64,000 nt of DNA from an uncultured Verrucomicrobiota bacterium (GTDB lineage: Bacteria; Verrucomicrobiota; Verrucomicrobiia; Opitutales; UBA9783), in assembly GCA_902495005.1 (NCBI GenBank), contig CABUVL010000002.1:121819-185818 (forward strand). The letters run 5' to 3'. Under the pieces are notes generated by a model. That model made no database searches, was not told where the DNA came from, and saw only the letters and a program-made list of their open reading frames with translations. The position numbers were made by a program, and so were the translations under genes. Of the stretch, positions 37,396 through 46,305 are shown piece by piece. The stretch's first letter is position 1, and every line of letters begins with the position of its first letter.

Positions 37396-39585
37396 TTATG
37401 GATGTAGGGTTAAGTTGTGTGAAGGCCCCCAAAATTTTTGATCATTGACAAGAATTAGCTCTTGTTTTGCCCGTGTACAGCTGACGTAAAAGAGCCGTGC
37501 AAGCTCACGCTTGCGATTGGATTCAGACGCTTGAGTACCATTGGAATCGGAAGTCCATACAATGGCCTTTTCGGTTAGATAAGGGTAGTGAGGTGGTTTG
37601 GGATAGAGGGGCCGATACAGAAATGGTACGATCACCACGGGCCATTCTAATCCCTTAGCCTTGTGACAGGAATAGCCTTGAAGGCAGGTCGGGTCGAGCT
37701 CTTGAGGGTAATCGAAAGGCGCGTTTAATTTTTCCTTTAATTGTCTGGCCAGTTCAAACCAATTGCCCTGATGTTGAACGCATTCTTGAGCCATTTGCTT
37801 AAAACTTAGTGCAATGTAATCGAGCTGTTGATTGGGGATCGTGGAGGGGATGGTTTTGCGAAATACATCGTCAACGAGCTCGCAGGCCACTTGGTACAGA
37901 TTACGCGTGATGAGAGTGCGCCGTAATTCGTACAGCTGATTCAACGCATCGGCCACGGGGTCGTTGGAAGAACTGGGTTGGAGGATTTGTACCTCGTTGC
38001 CTTCTTTTACAAAACGTGTAATTTGCCTTTCGGGGATTTGTAAGCACCCACGTAAAAATCCGACAATTTCGAAGGCATCTTCCGGGTAGGCAATGATGTG
38101 AACGCATGCACAGAGCCAGGCATACCAATCCTGGTCGCGCCAAGTTTGTTTAGAGGAATAAATTTGCAGCGGAAGTGACTGTTGGGTAAAAACGCGGCTG
38201 ATCTCTCGTAACCAATCATTCCGTGGGCATAGAATACAAATATCGCTGGGGGTGACCTTGCGTGTTTGGATGAAGTTTTTTAAGTAATTGCTTAAAAACA
38301 GGCATTCTTCTTCCAGAGGATCTTCGCTATTTGGGGCCGGAAGCGTTAATGTGTGACAGCAGCCGCTACGATCCGTTGCTGCGGACGTCAGTCGGACGTA
38401 ATCTACCTGCGATGGATCCTTGCGAGAATTCAAAATGCTCGGGAAGGTTTCGTTGAGGTACGATACGATACCCGGTGGACAACGGAAGGTGTTGGTAAAT
38501 ACGAGCTTTTGGCAAAAACCGTCGCGAGTCAATGTCGAATGGGTACTCAAGTATTGTTGAATATTTGCGCGTGTGTAAATGGCTTGTTGAGGATCCCCCA
38601 TCATGGAGAATTGGTTTGCCGGGTTGAGTGAAATCCATTTTAGCAGCAGTTGAAATTGTTCTGCATCGGTGTCTTGTGCTTCATCTAAGATGACAGAAAT
38701 CGTACGTTGTTTGAAGTATTGGATAACTTCTTCTCGTGTGAGTAATTCTTGAAAAAGTCGAATGAGGTCTTCGTGGATTAAATAACCTTTCCTGACGCGA
38801 AAATGGAAATACTGTTGCGCCAGTTGTTGTACGAGATAAAACGCGTGTACGCTGAGCCACTTTTCTAACGGCTGAAATGCTTGATGAAAAAGTGCCTTAA
38901 ACTCTTCGCCGCCCTTGTTGCAAGAGGGGATGGGCAAAAAATTTTCACTGTTGTCGGCCTCTTGAGCCCATTGACGTGCAATCGATTGATACTCGAGTAC
39001 GCTTTTTGTGTTACGCGCATCTGCTTTATAATCGAGAATTTCGTCAACGGCGATGTGCGGGTACGCGAGAGAGGGAGCATTTTTGGGTACTGTGGTAAGA
39101 TCACGTAATTCAGCCGCCAAGTTAACGATTTGCTCCAACTCAACGTGCCTCAAAATGTGAAGTGTGTTTTCATCCATCGGTGGATTCAACTCGCTTAAAA
39201 AATCTGCGCGTATGGCCTCATCTTGATCGTGAATGGCCCAACGTTGAGGCAGCAGTGTGTAAGTTTGAAATTGTTGGATGTAATGATAACACAAGCTGTG
39301 AATGGTTCCAAAGAAACTTTGGTTAAGAAGTTGACGGGTGGAGGCAGAGGCGTCTTGAACACGTGCTAAGGTTCGATTCGACAGAGCCTCAGCCGCTTTT
39401 TTCGTGTAGGTAATGACGTGCAAGGCGGGCAAGCTGTGCGGTTTCTTTCGCACAATTTGCTGAATGCGTTCAACGATCGCGTAAGTTTTCCCAACGCCGG
39501 CCGGCGCGATGACAGAATAATTTTCATCGATGTTGTAACAAAACGCATTGCGTGCATCTTGATCAGAATGAGAGGCTATCGTCAT
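37396..39585 (-). CDS. UvrD/REP-superfamily (SF1A) DNA helicase
   Basis: Motif I APAGVGKTY, Ia ITYTKKAAEAL, II VILDEAQDT, III MMGDPQQAIY, V-like CHKAKGLEWPVVIV, and VI YVSCTRAKQELILV. No nuclease domain is evident. Confidence 0.88.
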   Translation of the reverse strand: MTIASHSDQDARNAFCYNIDENYSVIAPAGVGKTYAIVERIQQIVRKKPHSLPALHVITYTKKAAEALSNRTLARVQDASASTRQLLNQSFFGTIHSLCYHYIQQFQTYTLLPQRWAIHDQDEAIRADFLSELNPPMDENTLHILRHVELEQIVNLAAELRDLTTVPKNAPSLAYPHIAVDEILDYKADARNTKSVLEYQSIARQWAQEADNSENFLPIPSCNKGGEEFKALFHQAFQPLEKWLSVHAFYLVQQLAQQYFHFRVRKGYLIHEDLIRLFQELLTREEVIQYFKQRTISVILDEAQDTDAEQFQLLLKWISLNPANQFSMMGDPQQAIYTRANIQQYLSTHSTLTRDGFCQKLVFTNTFRCPPGIVSYLNETFPSILNSRKDPSQVDYVRLTSAATDRSGCCHTLTLPAPNSEDPLEEECLFLSNYLKNFIQTRKVTPSDICILCPRNDWLREISRVFTQQSLPLQIYSSKQTWRDQDWYAWLCACVHIIAYPEDAFEIVGFLRGCLQIPERQITRFVKEGNEVQILQPSSSNDPVADALNQLYELRRTLITRNLYQVACELVDDVFRKTIPSTIPNQQLDYIALSFKQMAQECVQHQGNWFELARQLKEKLNAPFDYPQELDPTCLQGYSCHKAKGLEWPVVIVPFLYRPLYPKPPHYPYLTEKAIVWTSDSNGTQASESNRKRELARLFYVSCTRAKQELILVNDQKFWGPSHNLTLHP

Positions 39586-39953
39586 CGTCGTGTGAAAAAA
39601 TAATTACTTGTGGGCCCGATGATGTCGTGTTTAAACGGGCCATACGCTTAGTTAAGAGGGTAGACAAACTCGCGTTGCGTCCTAGCTTAAGGGATTTCGA
39701 ACGACTTGTCTCTCTATTTAAACGCATGGTACGTGCTATTAAATTCATTGCATTATTTTGAATAAAAGGGCTGGCTTTGTCTTTACAAGCCTTCACAGCT
39801 CTTATCGTCAAGAATAGCGATTGTTTTCACAAGAATGCAATTAAATAAAGCACATGAACGCATAGCAAATGCCTTTTTAAGAATTGGAGCTTGATTGAAA
39901 CTTGATTGTATCCAACAACTTGATAAGTTTTATAAATTACTCAACTTTTAAGA

Positions 39954-40216
39954 CCGCCCAATTTTAATAAGTACCTGCCTTTTAAAAATACAAATACACA
40001 CGCTTTCAGCATCCAAGTCTTTTACAATGCCAACTTCTTAAATAATGCCGCCTCTTTTAAAAACGTTAATTCCCCTAAAACGCTATTTAAAAAGGTAAAG
40101 TTTCCCTAAAGACGTCGTCCATTAAAACTGCCCTTCCCCCCATAGACGCTGTCTCCCTAAATAACGCAACCTTTTAAAATACCAAGTTTCCTGCAAACGC
40201 CAGCCGCCTAAAAACG
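39954..40216. repeat. degenerate tandem array, about 15 units of 14-20 bp (mostly 17-18)
   Basis: Plus-strand units such as CCGCCTCTTTTAAAAACG, TTAATTCCCCTAAAACG, CTGTCTCCCTAAATAACG and CCAGCCGCCTAAAAACG. Consensus is roughly CCNNCC(T)TTTAAAAACG. Stop codons occur in all frames. Confidence 0.7.
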
Positions 40217-40318
40217 GCCAAACCATTGATGGGCCATTGTCATCAGGTAAATCCAGCTTGATAAAGTAAGTTGAGCTCAGAATGATATCACCCTTACTGA
40301 AGGCCCCCAGCTTTTCAA

Positions 40319-40393
40319 TGGCGCCCCCACCCAGACTCGAACTGGGATTAACGGTTTAGGAAACCGCGGTTCTATCCTTTGAACTATGAGGAC
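40319..40393 (-). tRNA. tRNA-Arg (CCT)
   Basis: The reverse complement folds as acceptor GTCCTCA/TGGGGGC (two G-U pairs), anticodon arm GCGGT-TTCCTAA-ACCGT, T arm CCCAG-TTCGAGT-CTGGG, with encoded CCA. Confidence 0.88.
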
Positions 40394-40706
40394 TCTGAAC
40401 GCTACTTTGTAAGTATTTGATAGGAACACAATAGAAAAGTGTGGGTAAAAGGCAATGTATTTTTATAAAAACCAACTAATGTTCATGGATAATTTAAAAA
40501 AGGAAGCATGTTGAGGTGAGATTTTATTTAAGTCCCATGATAATGTAAAATTTAATTACAGGGGAATAACTACTAACTTCTCGATAATGAAATATTAGAT
40601 AATTTTTTTAAATTTAACTATGCAATCATCAATCTCAAGGAGATCAATATCTTTTCATCTTTTTCACCCTTATAAATGATGAGTAAAAGAAACCTTATTT
40701 TTTATG

Positions 40707-41639
40707 TCACATGGTTCTTTTCATAAAAATCCAATTTCCGTCTGCTGCTGGCTTTTGGGATATTGAAAGCATTTGGGGTGGTAAAAGTTGTAACGTACGT
40801 CCTAGCTCGGTGTTTTGATCCTGTTGTTGATTATAAGCCTTAACAGTAATATCAATTTGAATACCGGGGCATTGGTTTTTCACGTAGTTTTGAAAATTTT
40901 CTAAACTATAATATTGAGACATTGCTTCTATATATTGTTGAGCTGCTTCTTTTTGGCCCTTTGCGGTTATATTTTCTTCAATATCAATATCTTCATCGTC
41001 GATTTCATTAATGGCGTTTATGATATTGTTTTTATCTTGTTCAGTCTTTGAAATATCCCAGGTAAGCCGAATGTATTTTGTTTTATTTTTATTATAATTC
41101 CATGCTATTCCTACTGAATGCATTAAGGTTTTAAATTTTTCTCCTAGGTATTCATGGCCTTGCCTGAGTGCCTCCAATGAATTACGTAAGAAGCTATTAT
41201 CTACAAGGGCATAATTATTGTGGTAAATTGGCCCCAGATAAAATTCCCCATTGGGTTTTAAGGTTTTTAATAAAGAAGTTATCAAGTAATCAGATCTATA
41301 GCTATCTGCAGCCCAGCTTATGTATTCAAACGTTTGATGATCATTAATAATTATATCAAAATTTTCCACATGGTTGGCTACAAAATCATCTAGAGCTGTT
41401 TTATTGCAAAAATTAAATTGACAGTGTTCAATTCCATTTGCTTCTGTAAGACTAGGCATTTCATCTATTGTGTTAATTTTATAGCCTTGGATGCCTTCTG
41501 TAACATTTTTCCATCTTGATTGACCTGGAGCAGCCCCAATAATTAATATGTTTTGATCTTGCGCAGATACTTTAGAAATGCAGCTTAAGCATAATACAAT
41601 TAAGTAACCAATAAATAATTTCAATCTCATAGGCTCCAT
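40707..41639 (-). CDS. exported protein with class I (FtsJ-like) methyltransferase-fold signatures, in AT-rich insert
   Basis: Signal peptide MEPMRLKLFIGYLIVLCLSCISKVSA/QD. Motif I-like ILIIGAAPG, FDIIINDH, and LKPNGEFYL. Acidic C-terminal half. Codon usage is visibly AT-biased compared with the neighbours. Confidence 0.55.
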   Translation of the reverse strand: MEPMRLKLFIGYLIVLCLSCISKVSAQDQNILIIGAAPGQSRWKNVTEGIQGYKINTIDEMPSLTEANGIEHCQFNFCNKTALDDFVANHVENFDIIINDHQTFEYISWAADSYRSDYLITSLLKTLKPNGEFYLGPIYHNNYALVDNSFLRNSLEALRQGHEYLGEKFKTLMHSVGIAWNYNKNKTKYIRLTWDISKTEQDKNNIINAINEIDDEDIDIEENITAKGQKEAAQQYIEAMSQYYSLENFQNYVKNQCPGIQIDITVKAYNQQQDQNTELGRTLQLLPPQMLSISQKPAADGNWIFMKRTM

Positions 41640-42131
41640 GTTAACATATAAATAAATCTATGTAAATAAAAAATTAAGTATAAAAATTTTTATTTATAGC
41701 AGTGATCAAAATAATGGTAGAGCTAAAGCACTTAATTTTAAAAATAATAGATTTTAGCGTGTTATATTAATAAATAACTCGATCTAACCTATAGTTTTTA
41801 AATTTAAGCAGTAGGGCAGTGCCCTTTTTGGGATTTTCTTGTGTGGTAATGGTGTTTTAAGCTTGCTGTTCTGAAAAAATATTTGGCATTTCCAATCTTC
41901 ATTTGGTTTAATTACCTTTGTAAAAATCACTTTAGGGGTTTGTAATGTGATTTTAAGCCTCAATTGGGGGCAAAATTTTAGAACAAAATTTATAAATTGA
42001 TTTTAAAAAAACAATTTTGCTCTTAATTCATGTGTTAATTCTTATTTAAATAACATTACTTGGCGGTTTCTATCTTATTTAATTTCTTTATTGTAAGGTT
42101 CATGGGGATGTGCTTATAATTTTGTGTTCAT

Positions 42132-42467
42132 ATGAAATTTTCAAAAGATAATGTGCTGGTCAAAGCTCAAAATGGCGTGGAGTTGGTGGAATATTGCAGT
42201 CAGGCCAAAGACCTTCCGATTGATTGCGCAATTGCAAAATTCAGGGACGGCTGTTACCCAAGGAAAATGAATAAAAATTTCCACGAAATGTTTTTTGTTT
42301 TGGAGGGAACTTGTGAGATTATATTTGATGATCACGTTGAAATTTTGAAGGCCGGCGACGCTTTTATCATGCCGGTCGATACGGCACACACGATTAAAGC
42401 GAAGCATGCGGATATTTTAATCAGTTGCACGCCACAATTCGATATTAATAATGTTGTATTTTTGTAA
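42132..42467 (+). CDS. cupin-domain protein
   Basis: 111 aa. FHEMFFVLEGTCEI and GDAFIMPVDTAHTI resemble the two cupin motifs. Confidence 0.6.
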   Translation: MKFSKDNVLVKAQNGVELVEYCSQAKDLPIDCAIAKFRDGCYPRKMNKNFHEMFFVLEGTCEIIFDDHVEILKAGDAFIMPVDTAHTIKAKHADILISCTPQFDINNVVFL

Positions 42468-42795
42468 GTTAACGAGTGGGAAGGATTAAAAAGGCGTATC
42501 CTATTGGCCTATGTTCGAGTGATGGGGCTTGATGCCATATAAGTCGATAACTGCGTAGATTATCATGGATAGGTCGTTGTGTTGAAGTTTTTAATTTGTT
42601 GGAGATAAAAAACTTAAATACTATTGAGTCGACTTAATCGCCTTTTATAAACGGGTTGCATGGCATTGTGAAAGATTGTCGCAAGTGGAGTCAAAGTTAA
42701 GCGCGCTTCGCAATAATTTAGATGCATCGGATCAGGTGAGAAAAATGTACTTAATTTCCTCGCACGTTAAAAAATATATTCTAATTTTCTAAACA

Positions 42796-43698
42796 ATGCC
42801 TTTATTTTTTACACTTTTGTCACAAGCCTCGCACGAAGAGGTTACTTCAGGTGCGCATACTTGGTGGGCATTATTTTTATTCGTTTGGTGGGCGTGTGTT
42901 TTTTTGTACGGAAGCTGCAGAATTGTTGGAAAGCTAAGGCTCAAATTGGCCTTCAAACCTAATGCACAAAGTTATTTGTTGCCCATTGAGCCTCTTGCGC
43001 CTGCGTTTGGAGGGAAATGCCTGCCCATGCTTTTCTTTTTGTGGGCATGTTTTTACATCCCCATGCTTGTGCAAAAGACGTGCCTGCATTTTGGGTCGGC
43101 TTATTTGCCCACAGCTCGTGCAGAACGTGTGTTTTGTTTGACGTTTTTGGGGCAAATTGTGTGGCTGCTGTTGTACAGATGCGTTGGGAATTATAAATAT
43201 AATAGGACGTCTTATGCGTGGTTACAGGCAATCCGGCTTGGGTTTCAAAGTTATTGTGAACTAATTCCATGCCTGTTGTTGTTGGTCTTATTTAAGGAGT
43301 TGTGCGTCTACGGGTTAAGACAGCTGAATTTTAATTTCGAGCCTACCATGCAACCCATAGTGAGCTTATTATTGGAGGGGCAATTGTCCTCATGGCCACT
43401 GTTTATCGCCTTTGTAAGTGTTACTGTGTTGGCTCCCATTTGTGAGGAAATGTTGTTTAGAGGGCTGATTTTTAATTTCCTGGCGAGTAAAGTAAGTCGC
43501 ATGTTTGCCTTGTTGGGCAGCTCCTTATTGTTTGCCGCCATGCACTTCCACTTGGATTCTTTCATCTATTTATTTTTCTTGGGCGTGTGGTTATGTGTAA
43601 CGTACTACAAATCTGGCAATATTTGGGTCAATATCGTTGTGCACGCCTTGTTTAATGGGAGCAATTTTTTGTGCCTTTTAATTTTGTCGGATCGATAA
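42796..43698 (+). CDS. CPBP-family intramembrane glutamic endopeptidase (CAAX protease/Abi)
   Basis: Motif 1 APICEEMLFRGLIF, motif 2 LLFAAMHF, motif 3 VVHALFNG, plus multiple TM segments. Confidence 0.85.
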   Translation: MPLFFTLLSQASHEEVTSGAHTWWALFLFVWWACVFLYGSCRIVGKLRLKLAFKPNAQSYLLPIEPLAPAFGGKCLPMLFFLWACFYIPMLVQKTCLHFGSAYLPTARAERVFCLTFLGQIVWLLLYRCVGNYKYNRTSYAWLQAIRLGFQSYCELIPCLLLLVLFKELCVYGLRQLNFNFEPTMQPIVSLLLEGQLSSWPLFIAFVSVTVLAPICEEMLFRGLIFNFLASKVSRMFALLGSSLLFAAMHFHLDSFIYLFFLGVWLCVTYYKSGNIWVNIVVHALFNGSNFLCLLILSDR

Positions 43699-43701
43699 GC
43701 A

Positions 43702-44136
43702 ATGTTTTTGGAAGATTTAAAATCGGGAATTCGGACACGGAATGTGGAAGAAATGGACGCGATCGCAAAAAATTTTGCGGCGTGTTGTCCGTTGTCATGC
43801 TTTTTGGCACTGCACGGGGACTTGGGAAGCGGAAAAACGGCCTTTGTGAAGGGGCTTGGACGTGCCTGGAACATCGATGACGTGAAGAGTCCTTCGTTTA
43901 ATATCGTTGATTTCCACCTCGGTCAAAGACGTTTGGCGCACGTGGATGCGTATCGTTTGGATAAAGCAAACTTAGATTATTTTGGCTTAGAGGACTTCTT
44001 AATACCGCCTTTCTGCTTGGCCGTTGAGTGGCCTGAGAAATTAGAGGGTTTGATCGATTTTGATTTTCAACTGTATTTTTCAATTGTAGGCGCTTGCCAT
44101 CAAATTCAGTGGAAGCCCAATGTCGGCCGAAATTGA
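43702..44136 (+). CDS. tsaE: tRNA t6A37 biosynthesis ATPase TsaE
   Basis: Walker A LHGDLGSGKTAFVKGL, SPSFNIV, and HVDAYRL. Confidence 0.88.
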   Translation: MFLEDLKSGIRTRNVEEMDAIAKNFAACCPLSCFLALHGDLGSGKTAFVKGLGRAWNIDDVKSPSFNIVDFHLGQRRLAHVDAYRLDKANLDYFGLEDFLIPPFCLAVEWPEKLEGLIDFDFQLYFSIVGACHQIQWKPNVGRN

Positions 44137-44585
44137 GCTGTGCCGAGATTTAGATCGGTCACTTGTACAATCCCGCACTTACTCATTGAGAAAGCTCGTG
44201 CGCGCTTTTGGACTTAGGCGGCCGTGATTTTGTGTGATGGAAGTCTCAATCGGATGGTGGTTGGTGACATCCATTTTGTTGATTATCAGATTTAAAGATG
44301 TGATTCGCGGTTGTATGCCATTGCCTTAGTGACCCGGTCTATTCGGACAATGATCCTTAGGGTCGCTTGTAAAATGAATCCGTTATGTTTCCGTGGCTTG
44401 GGGACTGTTTTACCGTGTTATAAGCTTCTTATGAGCGATATGGAAGAACTTTCCCCTATGTTCGAAGTCTCTTTACCTTCATTTTTACCCTGAAATTGTT
44501 GGGCAGGTCGCCGGACAATGGGAGAAAGTTATTGCTTGAATAGAAAAAGGTTGCACTTTGTTTTAATTTTTGAGAAATTGCTAGC

Positions 44586-45551
44586 ATGGAAGCGGCGGTT
44601 GTTGTCAAGGACTTAACAAAGCGATATGGCCGGAAATGGGCCATACAGGCGTTAAACTTTGAAATACAACCGGGCTGCATCGTCGGTTTTTTGGGGCCTA
44701 ATGGCGCCGGCAAGAGTACGACCTTACGAATATTGTGCGGCTTAATGCCGGCAGATGAAGGTTGTGTGTACATCAACGGTTGTTCCATGACAACACAGCT
44801 GGAGCAGGCTAAAAGAATTATTGGGTACATGCCGGAGAGTAACCCTTTGCCGGAGGATATGCGTGTTCGTGAATACTTGCGATTTCGGGCCTTCCTTAAA
44901 CGAGTCCCGCGAAGAGAAGTTCGTGAAGCGGTTAACAGTGTGATGGAGCGGTGTGACTTGCACCGTACGGCCGCTGATAAGATGATTGGCCAGCTTTCCA
45001 AGGGTTTTAAGCAACGGGTTGGAATTGCCGAAGCCCTCTTGGGCCATCCCAAGTTGGTGATTTTGGATGAGCCGACGATTGGTTTGGACCCGCATCAGAT
45101 TTTAAGCATTCGTGAGGTTCTCAGGCGATTAAAAGGCGAGACAACGGTCATATTTTCGAGCCATATTTTACCCGAAGTGGAGGAGGCGTGTACGCATTTG
45201 GTTATTCTCAACCAAGGGAAAATTGTGGCAAATGGGTCGCCGCAATTGTTGAGAGAATGCCATTTTAAGACCCTCTTGTATGCGCTGACCATCGAAGATG
45301 CACGGCATGATTTTGAAGAACGTTTATCATATTCGGCGTGGCATTTAAAAGTTAAATCATCGTCCGCCAAGCGAGGCGATGTAATGACCTATGAAGTGGA
45401 GACAGAAACGAATGAAAAGCTGGATGAGTCAGCTTTCACACGTTGGATTTTTGAAAATCGTTGGCCGCTGCTTCAATTTGTAAAAAAAGAGGCCGATTTG
45501 GAAGATTTGTTCCTAAAATTGACTTCTGTGGCGTGGAAAAAAGAAATGTAA
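44586..45551 (+). CDS. ABC transporter ATP-binding protein (ABC-2/GldA-like)
   Basis: Walker A GPNGAGKST, signature LSKGFKQRV, Walker B LVILDEPT, H-loop SSHIL, and a C-terminal accessory domain. Confidence 0.9.
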   Translation: MEAAVVVKDLTKRYGRKWAIQALNFEIQPGCIVGFLGPNGAGKSTTLRILCGLMPADEGCVYINGCSMTTQLEQAKRIIGYMPESNPLPEDMRVREYLRFRAFLKRVPRREVREAVNSVMERCDLHRTAADKMIGQLSKGFKQRVGIAEALLGHPKLVILDEPTIGLDPHQILSIREVLRRLKGETTVIFSSHILPEVEEACTHLVILNQGKIVANGSPQLLRECHFKTLLYALTIEDARHDFEERLSYSAWHLKVKSSSAKRGDVMTYEVETETNEKLDESAFTRWIFENRWPLLQFVKKEADLEDLFLKLTSVAWKKEM

Positions 45552-45561
45552 TAATTTTGCG

Positions 45562-46305
45562 ATGAGTACATTTATAACATTGTTGATCAACGAAATAAAG
45601 CGAATTTATTTGCATGCGAGTACTTATTTTGTAATTGCATTTTTTCTGCTACTGATGGGATTTTGTTACCTCTACATCCTCTTTTTATACAGCCGAAGTA
45701 CCATGGAAATATGCACTTTGCAGAGCTTCTTTAACTTATTTTGGATCCCCACCTTGTGCATTATCCCGTTGTTGTGCATGAGAACATTTTCGGAAGAACG
45801 ACGTCTGGGCTTGTTGGAAAGTTTACTGTCCACGGCGATCGGCACACATCGTTTGGTCTTCAGTAAGTTTTTGGCAACGTACGGTTTGTACCTTACCTTA
45901 TGGGGGTTAAGCTTCTTTTTCCCAGTCTTTTCTCAATATTGGTTGCGTCAGGATCTTGTTGCCCCCTTATTTACACGTCAGGTTTTTCTGGGCGGTTGCA
46001 TTTTTTTAATGACGAGCAGCTTTTTATTTATCAGCTTGGGCTTATTCGCCAGCAGCTTGACACGGAGCCAGTCGGTTGCGGGCCTACTGTGTTTTAGTTT
46101 CTTGTTTATATGCTTTGTCGGCTTTCGTTTTCTGGGGGAAGTCGTCGATCCTCAAATGTGGAATGTGTATTTTGAATTTCCGCAGGTTTTGGATAACCTT
46201 TGTGCCGGGATATTCGATGTACGTCCCTGCCTGTTTTATTTATTGTCGGGGACTTTAGTTTTGGAACTCACTGCCCTGGTCGTTGAAGCCAAATCTTTAC
46301 GATGA
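45562..46305 (+). CDS. ABC-2 type permease (GldF-like)
   Basis: 247 aa with about six TM segments. Starts 10 nt after the ATPase gene. Confidence 0.8.
   Translation: MSTFITLLINEIKRIYLHASTYFVIAFFLLLMGFCYLYILFLYSRSTMEICTLQSFFNLFWIPTLCIIPLLCMRTFSEERRLGLLESLLSTAIGTHRLVFSKFLATYGLYLTLWGLSFFFPVFSQYWLRQDLVAPLFTRQVFLGGCIFLMTSSFLFISLGLFASSLTRSQSVAGLLCFSFLFICFVGFRFLGEVVDPQMWNVYFEFPQVLDNLCAGIFDVRPCLFYLLSGTLVLELTALVVEAKSLR

Noticed and set aside
39954-40216. CRISPR array interpretation of the 17-18-bp repeats near tRNA-Arg.
   Set aside because: The units are contiguous with no unique spacers. They are shorter than CRISPR repeats and degenerate. No cas genes occur in the window.
37420-40309. 12-bp direct repeat TGAAGGCCCCCA at 37420-37431 and 40298-40309, considered as att-like boundaries of an element carrying the helicase.
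   Set aside because: In 64 kb the expected number of chance 12-mer repeat pairs is on the order of a hundred (N^2/2 divided by 4^12). One copy lies inside the helicase coding sequence, and no integrase is present.
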